NCBI GenBank assembly: GCA_021799535.1
Contig: JAJZAH010000002.1
Span: 16,950-80,949 of the forward strand
Length of the DNA: 64,000 nt
From: Nanobdellota archaeon
Lineage (GTDB): Archaea; Nanobdellota; Nanobdellia; Pacearchaeales; GW2011-AR1
Direction of reading: 5' to 3'
In this document: positions 35,127 through 45,325 of the stretch, in pieces
Numbering within the stretch: the stretch's first letter is position 1
Layout: each line of letters starts with the position of its first letter
Made by a program: the position numbers and the translations under genes
The notes under the pieces: generated by a model
What the model saw: the letters and a program-made list of their open reading frames with translations, nothing else
The model's database searches: none
Told to the model about the DNA's origin: nothing

Positions 35127-35726
35127 TTAGTTTTTCCCAGGAACTATATGGTGTCGTAAGCATCTTGCTTCATATTCTGATTCTCCTTCTATCGAGACTA
35201 TGTCCGAATCATATGGGGCAGGTTTTCCTCTGATTAGTCTTTGGGTGTAATAGGCAGGCTCCCCGCATTCAGTGCATATTGAGTGAAGCTTTTCGAATTC
35301 ATTTGCCATAGTTATCAGCTCAGGCATTGCTCCGAAAGAGTCTCTCTTGAAGTCCAAGTCAAGCCCTGCAAATATAACATTTTTACCCTCTTTTTGCAAT
35401 TTCAGAACTACATTCACGATATTCTTTTTGAAAAACTGTATCTCATCTATTGCAACAAGATCATAGCTTCCTGAAATTGCTAAGATTTCCTCGGGATTTT
35501 CTATATAATTCCAGTTTATGAAATCTTCAGATGAGCGACAATTGAAATCCCTTCTGTCCATTTTCGGCCTGAATCCTGTGTAAAGGTATTTTCCTTTCAT
35601 CCATCTGAGCGGGTCGACTCTTTTAAGAAGTCTTCCGGTCTTTCCGGACATCATAGGCCCCGCAAACCCTTCAATAACTCCGGGCCTCACAAATCTATTT
35701 CCCTCTTTTACCATGACCAGATACAA
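35127..35726 (-). CDS. tdk: Thymidine kinase
   Basis: P-loop GPMMSGKTG, AIDEIQFF, and the C-terminal zinc motif CTECGEPA...ARC..H. Confidence 0.85.
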   Translation of the reverse strand: MYLVMVKEGNRFVRPGVIEGFAGPMMSGKTGRLLKRVDPLRWMKGKYLYTGFRPKMDRRDFNCRSSEDFINWNYIENPEEILAISGSYDLVAIDEIQFFKKNIVNVVLKLQKEGKNVIFAGLDLDFKRDSFGAMPELITMANEFEKLHSICTECGEPAYYTQRLIRGKPAPYDSDIVSIEGESEYEARCLRHHIVPGKN

Positions 35727-35983
35727 AGAGTTGTATCTTTAATATAACTTGCGGGAAAGAATTATCTGTGCCAAAAGAGACCGTAAAGAACTTTTGGTTT
35801 TGGAATAAGCTTGCCGTATCTGTCATATGCATTGCCTTCTCTTGTCACGCCCCCTTCACTTCTTCCAAATCGCACAGATTTTCACAATTCAAAGCAGTAT
35901 CTGCAAAGTATAAAATTTAATGCGCTATCTTTCTGTTGGTTTTCTCACAAAAATCTTATAAATTAACCGTGCTTGAAGTTTTA

Positions 35984-38848
35984 ATGGCCGAAGTAGACAA
36001 GGAAGAAAGGGAGATTCTCGAGTTCTGGGAGAAAGATAAAACTTTTGAAAAATCGATTGAAAAGACAAAAAAAGGAAAGCCTTATATCTTTTATGACGGG
36101 CCACCTTTTGCGACAGGTCTACCTCACTACGGACATTTACTGGCCTCAATCCTGAAAGATGTCTTTCCAAGATTTTTCACGATGAACGGCAGACTTGTGA
36201 ACAGAAATTGGGGATGGGACTGCCATGGTCTTCCTGTGGAGAATGTGGCCGAGAAAGAGCTTGGTTTAAAGTCAAAGGACGAAATTGAAAAGATGGGGGT
36301 GAAGAAGTTCAACGATTTCTGCAGAGGGAAAGTCCTGACTTATGCAAAAGAATGGGAAAAAACCATAAACAGAATTGGAAGATGGGTTGACTTTGAAAAT
36401 GGGTATAGGACAATGGATACCAAATATATAGAGTCTATCTGGTGGGCTTTTAAGGAGCTTTATGAAAAAGGTTATATGTATGAGGGAGAAAAAATCCTTA
36501 TGTACTGCCCGCATTGTTCGACTCCGCTAGCGAAGTCAGAGATTGCGATGGATAACTCTTACAAGCTTGTGAAGGACGTCTCTGTTGTCGTGAAATTCAA
36601 GATTGTTGATGAAAAAGATACTTATGCACTTTCATGGACCACAACCCCCTGGACTTTGCCTTCAAATCTTGCGCTTACTGTCAATCCGAACCTTGATTAT
36701 GCTTTCGTGGAAGACAAAACTGATGGGAATACTTATCTCCTTGCTAAAGATCTTGTGAAAAATTTTTACAAATCTGAAAAAGATTATATTATAAAGCAAA
36801 TTATCAAGGGGAAAGAACTTGAGGGAAAATCCTATGAACCATTGTATCCTTACTTCAAAGATACTCAGAATGCCTTTAAAATAATCCTGGGGGATTTTGT
36901 GACCGAAGAAGATGGGACCGGGATTGTTCACACTGCTCCTGCTTTTGGAGAGGATGATAATTTGGTTTGCAGAAGATATAAAATTCCCATGGTCCAGCCT
37001 GTGGATGAAAACGGTCATTTCACTAAGGAAGTTGCAGATTACGTCGGCGAGTATGTACATGACATAAATGAGAAGATCGTGATTGATCTTAAAAAATCAG
37101 GGAGAGCAATCCTCTCCAAAAAAATTGAGCATGAATATCCATTCTGCTATAGGTGCGAGACTAAGCTTATGTATCGCGCTCTGCCCGCATGGTTTGTGAA
37201 CATAGAAAAAATAAGAAGTAGGCTGCAGGAGCTTAACCTTGAGATAAACTGGATCCCTCATTTTCTTAAAGAAGGCAGAATGAAAAATAATATTGAACTT
37301 GCTCCTGACTGGAATATAACTCGAAACAGATATTGGGCAAGTGCGATTCCGATATGGAAAAGCGAATACGGGAAGGTAAAAGTCATAGGATCGATAGAAG
37401 AGTTAAAAAAATATGCAAAGAATCTTCCAAAAGGAGAAGTCGATCTCCACAAGGATTATCTTGATAGGGTCAAGCTTGAAATAAACGGTGAAGAGTATAT
37501 GAGGATACCTGAAGTTCTTGACTGTTGGTTTGAATCGGGGGGTATGACCTTTGCGCAGTTTCATTATCCTTTTGAAAATAAGGAGTTTTTTGAGAACAAT
37601 TTTCCTGCACAATTTGTCGTGGAGTATATAGGACAGACAAGGGCTTGGTTTTACTATATGATTGTTCTTTCTGCAATCCTCTTTGACAAGATCCCGTTTG
37701 AAAATGTCCTCACAACTGGGACTATTCTTGCTGAAGATGGCCAGAAAATGTCCAAATCAAAAAAGAATTATCCTGATCCGGATATTGTTATAAGAAAGTA
37801 CGGCTCTGATGCGCTCAGGTTTTATCTCTTGCAGTCTTCAGTCATGAGTGCTGATAATTTTAACTTTTCCGAGAGAGGTTTAGAGGAAGTCTACAAGAAA
37901 ATAATGCTCCTTTTGTATAATGTAAATAACTTTTATTCTATGAACGCAAAAAAAACGGATACAAAATATATTGAATCTCCGGAGTTCATGGACAGGTGGA
38001 TAATCTCGCGGCTCAATTCACTTGTGAAGAACGTGAAAGAGAATCTTGAGAGCTACAATACTCTGAAGTCCTGCACTGAAATAACTAATTTTGTTGACGA
38101 TCTATCGACATGGTATGTTAGAAATTCAAGGGACAGATTCAACGACGGGGACAAGAAGGTAGGGAAGACTTTAAGGCACGTTCTTGAAGTGTCTTCCAAA
38201 GTCATTGCCCCGGTGATCCCTTTTGTAGCCGAGAAAATTTATCAGACTCTCAATGGAAAAAAATCTTCAGTGCACCTTCAGGATTGGCCGGATTACAACG
38301 ATAAAAAAATTGACTCTAATCTGGAAGAGAAGATGAAATTAGTAAGGGAAGTTGTCTCAAAAGGCCTTAGGCAGAGAGATCAGAACAACGTTCCCTTAAA
38401 GTGGCCCTTGGCCCTTGCCTCGATTTCATATTACAAACCGTTTTTGCAAGGTGAAGAGGATATGCAGAGAATAATAAAACGGGAACTGAATGTTAAAGAA
38501 CTGGAGGTTTTGCCAGGAAGCGAGGAAGAGATAAATACCAATCTTAATTTTAATGTCACACCAGAACTTGAAGCGGAAGGATATGCAAGGGAAATCTCCA
38601 GAAATGTTCAGGCTTTCAGGAAGAAGCTAGGTTTGAATAAAAAAGATGTAATAAATCTTGAAATCATAATCCCAAAGTCTTTTCATGATATTATCAACGT
38701 TGGGAAAGGCCTGATAAGTGAAAGGACGAATTCAGGTGCTGTGCACATCCTGGAGAAAGAGAGTTCTTCCGGCGGTGAAACCGAGAGATTTAACATTAAA
38801 GATATCTCAGGAAAAATCAAAGTTGTTAGACTGAAAGGGAGTAACTAA
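35984..38848 (+). CDS. ileS: Isoleucyl-tRNA synthetase (type 2, archaeal/eukaryote-like)
   Basis: FYDGPPFATGLPHYGH (HIGH region), GWDCHGLP and KMSKS. I prefer the ATG at 35984 (MAEVDKEE) to the listed TTG. Confidence 0.85.
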   Translation: MAEVDKEEREILEFWEKDKTFEKSIEKTKKGKPYIFYDGPPFATGLPHYGHLLASILKDVFPRFFTMNGRLVNRNWGWDCHGLPVENVAEKELGLKSKDEIEKMGVKKFNDFCRGKVLTYAKEWEKTINRIGRWVDFENGYRTMDTKYIESIWWAFKELYEKGYMYEGEKILMYCPHCSTPLAKSEIAMDNSYKLVKDVSVVVKFKIVDEKDTYALSWTTTPWTLPSNLALTVNPNLDYAFVEDKTDGNTYLLAKDLVKNFYKSEKDYIIKQIIKGKELEGKSYEPLYPYFKDTQNAFKIILGDFVTEEDGTGIVHTAPAFGEDDNLVCRRYKIPMVQPVDENGHFTKEVADYVGEYVHDINEKIVIDLKKSGRAILSKKIEHEYPFCYRCETKLMYRALPAWFVNIEKIRSRLQELNLEINWIPHFLKEGRMKNNIELAPDWNITRNRYWASAIPIWKSEYGKVKVIGSIEELKKYAKNLPKGEVDLHKDYLDRVKLEINGEEYMRIPEVLDCWFESGGMTFAQFHYPFENKEFFENNFPAQFVVEYIGQTRAWFYYMIVLSAILFDKIPFENVLTTGTILAEDGQKMSKSKKNYPDPDIVIRKYGSDALRFYLLQSSVMSADNFNFSERGLEEVYKKIMLLLYNVNNFYSMNAKKTDTKYIESPEFMDRWIISRLNSLVKNVKENLESYNTLKSCTEITNFVDDLSTWYVRNSRDRFNDGDKKVGKTLRHVLEVSSKVIAPVIPFVAEKIYQTLNGKKSSVHLQDWPDYNDKKIDSNLEEKMKLVREVVSKGLRQRDQNNVPLKWPLALASISYYKPFLQGEEDMQRIIKRELNVKELEVLPGSEEEINTNLNFNVTPELEAEGYAREISRNVQAFRKKLGLNKKDVINLEIIIPKSFHDIINVGKGLISERTNSGAVHILEKESSSGGETERFNIKDISGKIKVVRLKGSN

Positions 38849-38912
38849 GTAGCATTACTTCTTTAGGATAGCAATCTTTAAAAACTAAAAGTTCTTAAAA
38901 GAGCTAAGAAAA

Positions 38913-39719
38913 ATGATAGTTAAAGATGAATTTTTAAGCAGGCTAAGAAAGATTTTTGACCTGAATTTATACGAAGTTAAGGTTTGGACTGCTCTTTTGT
39001 CGAGGGGAACTTCAACTGCCGGTGAACTTTCAACAATTTCGGATGTCCCACGGTCAAGAACTTATGATATTCTCGAGTCTTTGGAAAAAAAGGGTTTTAT
39101 CCTTATGAAAGTTGGGAAGCCAATAAAATTTGTTGCTTTAAAGCCTGAGGAGGTTGTTGAGAGAGTTAAGAAAAACCTCATGATTGATGCAAAAGAGAAA
39201 ACAAGAAGGCTTGAGACCCTTAAGGGGGATGAAGTCCTTGATGAGCTTACAGGTCTTTTCACCAAGGGCATAAAGTTTGTAGAGCCATCCGATCTTTCGG
39301 GAAGCATCAAAGGAAGGCAGAATCTTTACAATCATCTCGATATGATGATTAGAGATGCCGAGAGAACTATAACGATGATAACTACTCATGAAGGCCTTAA
39401 CAGGAAACTGGAGGCTCTTATGCCAAGCTTCGAGAAGGCGAAGAAGAGAGGAGTAAGAATAAGAATTGCCGCGCCTATTGATAAAAACAATCTTAATGTG
39501 GCAAGAGAACTTAAGAAAGTTGCAGAAGTGAGAAGCTTGGAAAACTTCAAGGCAAGGTTTACGATCATAGACTCAAATCAACTTATGTTTATGCTCCTTG
39601 ATGATGAAAAGTTCCATCCTAATTATGATGTCGGTGTGTGGATAAATACCGAATTTTTCTCGCAGGCTCTTGAGCAAATGTTTGAACTTGCTTGGAGAGA
39701 GATGAAACAGATAAAGTAA
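38913..39719 (+). CDS. TrmB-family transcriptional regulator
   Basis: LYEVKVWTALLSRGTSTAGELSTISDVPRSRTYDILESLEKKGF wHTH plus a TrmB C-terminal domain. Confidence 0.8.
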   Translation: MIVKDEFLSRLRKIFDLNLYEVKVWTALLSRGTSTAGELSTISDVPRSRTYDILESLEKKGFILMKVGKPIKFVALKPEEVVERVKKNLMIDAKEKTRRLETLKGDEVLDELTGLFTKGIKFVEPSDLSGSIKGRQNLYNHLDMMIRDAERTITMITTHEGLNRKLEALMPSFEKAKKRGVRIRIAAPIDKNNLNVARELKKVAEVRSLENFKARFTIIDSNQLMFMLLDDEKFHPNYDVGVWINTEFFSQALEQMFELAWREMKQIK

Positions 39720-39746
39720 GCTAGTCTTTCCCGGTCATAAAAAAAG

Positions 39747-40175
39747 ATGGTGAAAAAGAGAATCGTGCAGTCCCGAAGGAAGTCTTCTTTGAAGGGTAGT
39801 AGGGTTTCCCGTGAAAAGGAGAGGACGTCGGCTGAATTCGTCTATTTCATGACCGTGGTCGCGGTTTTGATACTTCATTATTTTTTTATTTCAAAAATCA
39901 ACGTAAATCATACGGGGAAAGTCCTTATTGATTTCCTTATAGTTTTCATTGTTGTTGGAATATTCACTACTTTTATGAATGTAAAACTCAGAAAGAACAG
40001 GAATGGGTTTGACTTCCTGTTTTTCCTGTTCGCGGTTGGGACCTTAGTTCTCGATTATTTTCTAATTTCCAAGATTGCAATTGTGTCTGTTCTTCAGGTT
40101 TTCATAGACTTCGCGATTTTCACGGCTCTTTGCGGTGCGGTCATGTTGATTTTCTGTAAAGCCCGGAGTAAATAA
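39747..40175 (+). CDS. Membrane protein with an internal two-TM duplication
   Basis: LILHYFFISKI...VLIDFLIVF is repeated as LVLDYFLISKI...VFIDFAIFT. Confidence 0.5.
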   Translation: MVKKRIVQSRRKSSLKGSRVSREKERTSAEFVYFMTVVAVLILHYFFISKINVNHTGKVLIDFLIVFIVVGIFTTFMNVKLRKNRNGFDFLFFLFAVGTLVLDYFLISKIAIVSVLQVFIDFAIFTALCGAVMLIFCKARSK

Positions 40176-40224
40176 TCTGTTCGGGGTTTTTCTTATTGTG
40201 CAAAAGAATAAAATTATAAGATTT

Positions 40225-40485
40225 CTACATTAAGCTTTTTAGAGTCCCGGAAACTTTTTTCACATCGATTTTTTCTTTGAAAACAGCGAACGATGCTTTC
40301 ACTTTGTCAAGCGATCTTCTGTTAACAGAGAGGATATTATCTTTTATCCACACCGGGGAAGCCTCGCTTAAACCCAAGATGCCTGTGAATTCTTTTATTG
40401 ATTCCGGAACATTTTTTTTCAGATTTTCCCCTTCTAGCAAAAGATACCTTTTCTTTTCGCGATGTGATGGAATTAATGGCTTCAT
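40225..40485 (-). CDS. rnp2: RNase P protein component 2 (Pop5/Rpp14 family), short form
   Basis: N-terminal IPSHREKKRYLLLE and C-terminal VSGTLKS resemble the Pop5 signature. At 86 aa it is shorter than the usual 120 or so. Confidence 0.55.
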   Translation of the reverse strand: MKPLIPSHREKKRYLLLEGENLKKNVPESIKEFTGILGLSEASPVWIKDNILSVNRRSLDKVKASFAVFKEKIDVKKVSGTLKSLM

Positions 40486-40588
40486 AAGACCTCAAAGGAG
40501 AAGTGGTTTATATCTTTGTTGGGATAGTGTTACTATTATGTAAAGACAGAAGTGAAGAATTTATAAACTTCTTACCCATAGAAATTCT

Positions 40589-41266
40589 ATGGAAGCAAAA
40601 ATTGGAAAATCCTATTTAACCAAAATTCCTCACGAGGGAGGAAAACTTACTTTCCAGTATCCCGCGTTCAAAGGCACTTTCGGGGACGTTGCAGAGCAGA
40701 TTGACAAAGAATGGCTGAAAAGACCAACCTCGCCTGAAATCGCCTCCTTGGTCTATGATGCGTGGAAGAATCCAAAAGGGGAATATGAATCCGAAGTTCT
40801 TGACATCCTTAGAAAAAACTGGATATGGGAATTCACAGGAAACTTTTATCTTCCAAAATCCAATGATGAAATAAACAATGGTGTTATAATTGAATATAAT
40901 CCTAGAGTTGTCAATGGAAGATTATCTATGGATAAGAATTATCTTGTAAAAAGATTAAATGAAAATGATCCAAATGTAAGGTTTGTGCCCTTTGGCTATA
41001 AAATTGAGGGCCAGACGCCAAAAGAGCTTGAGAAAAACCCTTACATTGTCGCAAGATATGGCGAGGAAGGAGCTGAGAAAATTGCGGAGATCGCTTCAAA
41101 GCATAGCTCCAACCCTTATCTTTGGAGTTTTGGTTCTGTTGATAAAGAGACTGTAAGAGTGTCTGTTTTGAACGGCAACTTCAACGGCAGCGGGTTGAAC
41201 GTCGATGGCGACGGCAGGGATGACAACAACAAGGGTTATTCTTTCGGGGTAAGGGTCGCAGACTAA
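40589..41266 (+). CDS. Hypothetical protein (225 aa)
   Basis: Clean ORF with a TATA-like box upstream. No motif recognised. Confidence 0.5.
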   Translation: MEAKIGKSYLTKIPHEGGKLTFQYPAFKGTFGDVAEQIDKEWLKRPTSPEIASLVYDAWKNPKGEYESEVLDILRKNWIWEFTGNFYLPKSNDEINNGVIIEYNPRVVNGRLSMDKNYLVKRLNENDPNVRFVPFGYKIEGQTPKELEKNPYIVARYGEEGAEKIAEIASKHSSNPYLWSFGSVDKETVRVSVLNGNFNGSGLNVDGDGRDDNNKGYSFGVRVAD

Positions 41267-41341
41267 ATGTTAATCAACCTTTCTCAGAAACCATTTTAAA
41301 CTGACTTTTCGTGTTTATGCTGTAGTTTGTTCGAAAATAAA

Positions 41342-42685
41342 ATGGAAATATGCACTATTGGGGGGTTTGAAGAGGTCGGGAAAAACATGACTGCCGTGAA
41401 GGTCGATGATGACGTTTTTATCTTTGATTGCGGTTTTTTCCTTCCCGGGATAATTGAGCTTCAGGAGACTGAGAAGATAGGTTACAGTTTATCTGGTCTT
41501 AGAAGGGTCGGAGGAGTTCCTGACGACAGAATACTTGACGAACTGAAGTGGAAAGATAAGGTGAGGGCGATTTTTATTTCACACGCTCATCTTGACCATG
41601 TCGGAGGTTTGCCCTTTCTTCTTCACAGATATCCTGATGTTGATGTTTTTGCTACTCCTTTTACCATAAAAGTCCTTGAATCTCTTATCGAAGACTCGAA
41701 GATAGTTGCAAATAACAAGTTAAGGATGGTTAATTCAAATTCTGTGCATGAAGTAAAGACAAGTAACGGAAAAGTAAAAGTCGAGTTTGTGAATGCGACC
41801 CACTCCACAATTGACTGCTCCTATGTCGTCCTGCATACGGATGAAGGTGCTTTCTTTTACGCACTTGATCTTAAGTTTGATAATCATTCCACTTTGGGTG
41901 CTCCGCCGAATTATAAAAGGCTAAAAGAAATAGGGGAAAAAGGTGTCAAAGCGGTAGTTATTGACGCACTTTATTCTTCAACAGATGTAAGACCAGGCGG
42001 CGAAAAGGTCGCGTTTGGGCTCTTGGAAGATGCTTTCTCGAAAATGGGCAGAGGAGCAGATAAAGCACTTTTCATTACGACTTTTTCAAGCCATATAGAG
42101 AGGCTTAATAATATTGTAAAGATTGGCCAAAAGACAAACAGAGAAATAATCTTTTTGGGAAGAAGCCTTGCGAAATATGTCCTGTCTGCTATAAAAGTCG
42201 GAAAATGCCCTTTCAGAGAGAATGTGAAAATAATGAAATACAGAAATCAAGTTGATTCAGTATTAAAAAAAGTTGAGGTTGACCGAGGAAAATATCTTAT
42301 TGTTTGCACAGGTCATCAGGGAGAACAAAATTCTATACTTGATAGGATATCAAGGGGAGATTCTGTTTTCAAATTCAGGGAAGGGGACAATCTTATCTTT
42401 TCATCAAGTGTTATCCCAACTGAAGTTAACATAGAAGCAAGAAAAAGACTTGATGCCAAGCTTAGAAAAATGGGAGTTAAACTCCAGGTTGATGTACATG
42501 TCCATGGGCACGGAAGCAGGGAGGATATGAGAGAGATAATAAATCTCTTAAAACCCGAGCACGTTATCCCCGCCCACGGCACCCAGGCACAGGAAGAACC
42601 TTTTATAGAACTTTCTCAGGAGTTCGGATATAAGCCGCATGAGACTTCCCATCTGATGAAAAATGGTGATGTTTTGAAAATCTAA
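41342..42685 (+). CDS. rnj: Archaeal RNase J (metallo-beta-lactamase/beta-CASP)
   Basis: GGFEEVGKNMT, SHAHLDHVGG and beta-CASP motifs. About 447 aa from the ATG at 41342. Confidence 0.8.
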   Translation: MEICTIGGFEEVGKNMTAVKVDDDVFIFDCGFFLPGIIELQETEKIGYSLSGLRRVGGVPDDRILDELKWKDKVRAIFISHAHLDHVGGLPFLLHRYPDVDVFATPFTIKVLESLIEDSKIVANNKLRMVNSNSVHEVKTSNGKVKVEFVNATHSTIDCSYVVLHTDEGAFFYALDLKFDNHSTLGAPPNYKRLKEIGEKGVKAVVIDALYSSTDVRPGGEKVAFGLLEDAFSKMGRGADKALFITTFSSHIERLNNIVKIGQKTNREIIFLGRSLAKYVLSAIKVGKCPFRENVKIMKYRNQVDSVLKKVEVDRGKYLIVCTGHQGEQNSILDRISRGDSVFKFREGDNLIFSSSVIPTEVNIEARKRLDAKLRKMGVKLQVDVHVHGHGSREDMREIINLLKPEHVIPAHGTQAQEEPFIELSQEFGYKPHETSHLMKNGDVLKI

Positions 42686-42867
42686 TTGGCGATTTCTTTT
42701 TTCTTTGCAGAAAAATGTTCTCAAGGGGTTTTTCGCTGAAATAGCTTTGATTGCTTTTAGGGAATTCTTATCTTAATATTTTTCTAAATTTTCCTGCTAT
42801 TAAGTCTGAAAGTGTTCGATTCACTTACTATATAAATTATTATAAATCTAACACCTTCTGGTAAATA

Positions 42868-43227
42868 ATGGATAAATACAGAACTCCTTTCAGGACGTCT
42901 GCTATAAAATTTGCAATGAAGATCTTTGGCGGAGGAGATTATAAAGTTGGGGATTATGTCATATTTGATGGAGTCAGAGAAATTTACGGAGATCTTCAAG
43001 GACTTTGTCTTGGTTTCCGAAAACAGTTTTGGTATGGAATAATAATGGAATCAAACGGTCCTGATGATACTGTAAAAGTGATATATAGGGAAAGTTGGAA
43101 CGGCCCCGGCATCACAAAGGTATCAAATGTTTTAAAAGATCATCCTTCTTTAAGGAAAGCGACATACTTTGAAAAAAAGCATGAGAAAAATTTTCCTTGT
43201 CTTGAGAAAATTTTGGCTTCAGCATAA
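42868..43227 (+). CDS. Hypothetical protein (119 aa)
   Basis: ORF only. Confidence 0.4.
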   Translation: MDKYRTPFRTSAIKFAMKIFGGGDYKVGDYVIFDGVREIYGDLQGLCLGFRKQFWYGIIMESNGPDDTVKVIYRESWNGPGITKVSNVLKDHPSLRKATYFEKKHEKNFPCLEKILASA

Positions 43228-43277
43228 ATGTTTTGCAGCAAGGACAGATTTTTAAATAACGGATCCTTAACCAGTTT

Positions 43278-43811
43278 ATGGTTAAAGAAGAAGAATATCT
43301 TCTGACAAATCAGGAGATTCTTGGCGGTCTCAAAAGCGCTCTCGAGAGGGGCCAGACCTTAAAGCAGGCCATGATGAGTTTTTATCAAGCAGGTTACAGG
43401 AAAGAAGAAATTGAAGACGCTGCGCGTGCTTACCTTTATCTTCAAAGAGGGGCTTCTGAGGCGGAGGTTCTTAACGAAAGTAAATTAAGGCCGAAGGTAG
43501 CAGAAAAGAATTTGCCTAATGCAACTGAGAAGGTTTCCGCTTCAAAACCTGAAAAAACTGAAAAAATAATCCCGAAATTCACAGAGACTAAAGTTTTGGC
43601 TGGAGCTCCAGAAACTAAAAAAGGGGAGTCCAAGAAGGTAGTACAGAAAATATCCGGTTATGATGACAATGCAAATAAACCCCTTAGTGCGAGGAGTAAA
43701 GCGTTGACTGTAACTCTTATTATTACTCTTGCTGTTCTTTTGGGCATTCTTGCTCTTGTGTTCCTCTTCAAAGCTGAGCTCGTAAATTTTATTAACGGAC
43801 TTTTTGGATAA
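43278..43811 (+). CDS. Hypothetical protein with a C-terminal TM anchor
   Basis: Low-complexity middle region and a C-terminal hydrophobic helix. Confidence 0.45.
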   Translation: MVKEEEYLLTNQEILGGLKSALERGQTLKQAMMSFYQAGYRKEEIEDAARAYLYLQRGASEAEVLNESKLRPKVAEKNLPNATEKVSASKPEKTEKIIPKFTETKVLAGAPETKKGESKKVVQKISGYDDNANKPLSARSKALTVTLIITLAVLLGILALVFLFKAELVNFINGLFG

Positions 43812-43815
43812 CTTT

Positions 43816-44331
43816 ATGATATATTCTCCTGCCGAGGATTCTTACTTAATGGCAGAGGTTCTTGGCATTAAACTGGAAAGTAAAGGTGCTAAAATTCTTG
43901 ATATGGGTACAGGTTCAGGGTATATTATTGAGTCTTTAAAGAAATGGGGCTTTGAGAATTTAAGTGGTGTTGATGTTAACAAAGAAGCAGTGGAATTATG
44001 TAGGAAAAAAAGATTGGACGTTTGTTATTCAGACCTTTTTTCAAGTGTTGATGGAAAATTCGATGTGATAATTTTCAATCCGCCTTATTTGCCGAAGGAT
44101 TCCCGTGAGGATGATGAATCATCGCTTGTGACGACTGGGGGTGAAAAAGGCTCTGAGATCATTAATCGATTTTTATCTGAAGCTCGTGGGCATTTGAGCC
44201 CTGATGGCAAAATTTTTCTCTTAACATCTTCATTAACCTCAGGAATTGAATGGTCCGGTTATAAAAAGAAACTTGTTGGGGAGAAGAAGCTGTTTTTTGA
44301 GAAGCTGGAAATGTGGGAATTAAGTTTATAA
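43816..44331 (+). CDS. HemK/Mtq2-like N5-glutamine methyltransferase
   Basis: YSPAEDSYLM N-terminus, DMGTGSG SAM motif and the NPPY catalytic motif. The ATG lies 5 nt after the previous stop. Confidence 0.75.
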   Translation: MIYSPAEDSYLMAEVLGIKLESKGAKILDMGTGSGYIIESLKKWGFENLSGVDVNKEAVELCRKKRLDVCYSDLFSSVDGKFDVIIFNPPYLPKDSREDDESSLVTTGGEKGSEIINRFLSEARGHLSPDGKIFLLTSSLTSGIEWSGYKKKLVGEKKLFFEKLEMWELSL

Positions 44332-44353
44332 TAGTCAATCTCTTTTCGGGATT

Positions 44354-44776
44354 ATGAAATTTGAGAAAGGAGTTGCAGTAATAATCTTCTGTGGTAGTAC
44401 AAAGAGATTCCTCTTGGTTAAATACAAAGTTTTCGGGCAGAAGCATTGGGATTTTCCAAAGGGAAAGATCGAAAAAGGAGAGAATTATTTGGCGGCGGCA
44501 AAAAGGGAATCTAATGAGGAGACTGGACTTGAGAAATTAGATTTTGATAGAGGTTTCTCTGTAAGTTATAAATATTCTTATACTAAAAATTCCGGGGAGG
44601 AAGTCTTCAAAGATTATCATTACCTGCTGGCGAAGATTCCTCATGAAGAAAAAGTTGTTCTCTCAGAAGAACACTCTGATTTTAAATGGGTTAGTTATGA
44701 TGAAGCTCTTGGCCTCTTGGAGTTTGATAATCAAAAAGAAATTTTTCAAAAAGTTTGGAATTATCTTTTCAAATGA
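44354..44776 (+). CDS. NUDIX hydrolase
   Basis: Nudix box GKIEKGENYLAAAKRESNEETGL. Confidence 0.85.
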   Translation: MKFEKGVAVIIFCGSTKRFLLVKYKVFGQKHWDFPKGKIEKGENYLAAAKRESNEETGLEKLDFDRGFSVSYKYSYTKNSGEEVFKDYHYLLAKIPHEEKVVLSEEHSDFKWVSYDEALGLLEFDNQKEIFQKVWNYLFK

Positions 44777-45325
44777 TTACTTAATCGCTTCAAGTACCTC
44801 AGGAATCTCTACCGCAACCTCAAAGTGATTCTGGTCTTTTTTCACTATGACCTTCGCTTTAAGGTTTTTTTTGAATTTATCCCACTCATCTCTTGAAACA
44901 TATTTATCATTTGTAGAGAATATGCAGGTGATATTTCCTGTATGATCCAAGACTCTTTCAAAGTTGATTTTGTTGTCTAGCCATGGATGAGCAATTTCTA
45001 ACTCTTCCGACTCAAGTCCAATTAGGTCAAGCCAGGGGGCTATGAAAACGCATCCCGCGACTTTGGTGTGCTTGTGAAGTTTTTCAAGGAATCTCATTAT
45101 AGTCTGAGAGCCTATGCTGTGGCCCACAAAATAGGTCTCAGCGTCAGTATCTTTCGCGTTTTTCTCTAAGTATTTCACCCATTCCTCGATTTTTGGATTG
45201 TCAGTATTCGGCATATCAAAAGAATGAACTTCAACGCCTCTCTTTTTCAGTTCACCCTCAAGCCATACAATCCATGGCATTTTTGAATCGAATCCCCATC
45301 CATGAATTATATAAACGTGTTTCAT
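44777..45325 (-). CDS. Alpha/beta serine hydrolase, YdeN/RBBP9-like
   Basis: YIIHGWG N-terminus and the nucleophile elbow GHSIG. Confidence 0.7.
   Translation of the reverse strand: MKHVYIIHGWGFDSKMPWIVWLEGELKKRGVEVHSFDMPNTDNPKIEEWVKYLEKNAKDTDAETYFVGHSIGSQTIMRFLEKLHKHTKVAGCVFIAPWLDLIGLESEELEIAHPWLDNKINFERVLDHTGNITCIFSTNDKYVSRDEWDKFKKNLKAKVIVKKDQNHFEVAVEIPEVLEAIK

Noticed and set aside
35925-36170. Minus-strand ORF overlapping the ileS start region.
   Set aside because: It runs antisense to the highly conserved IleRS N-terminus and has no supporting signals.
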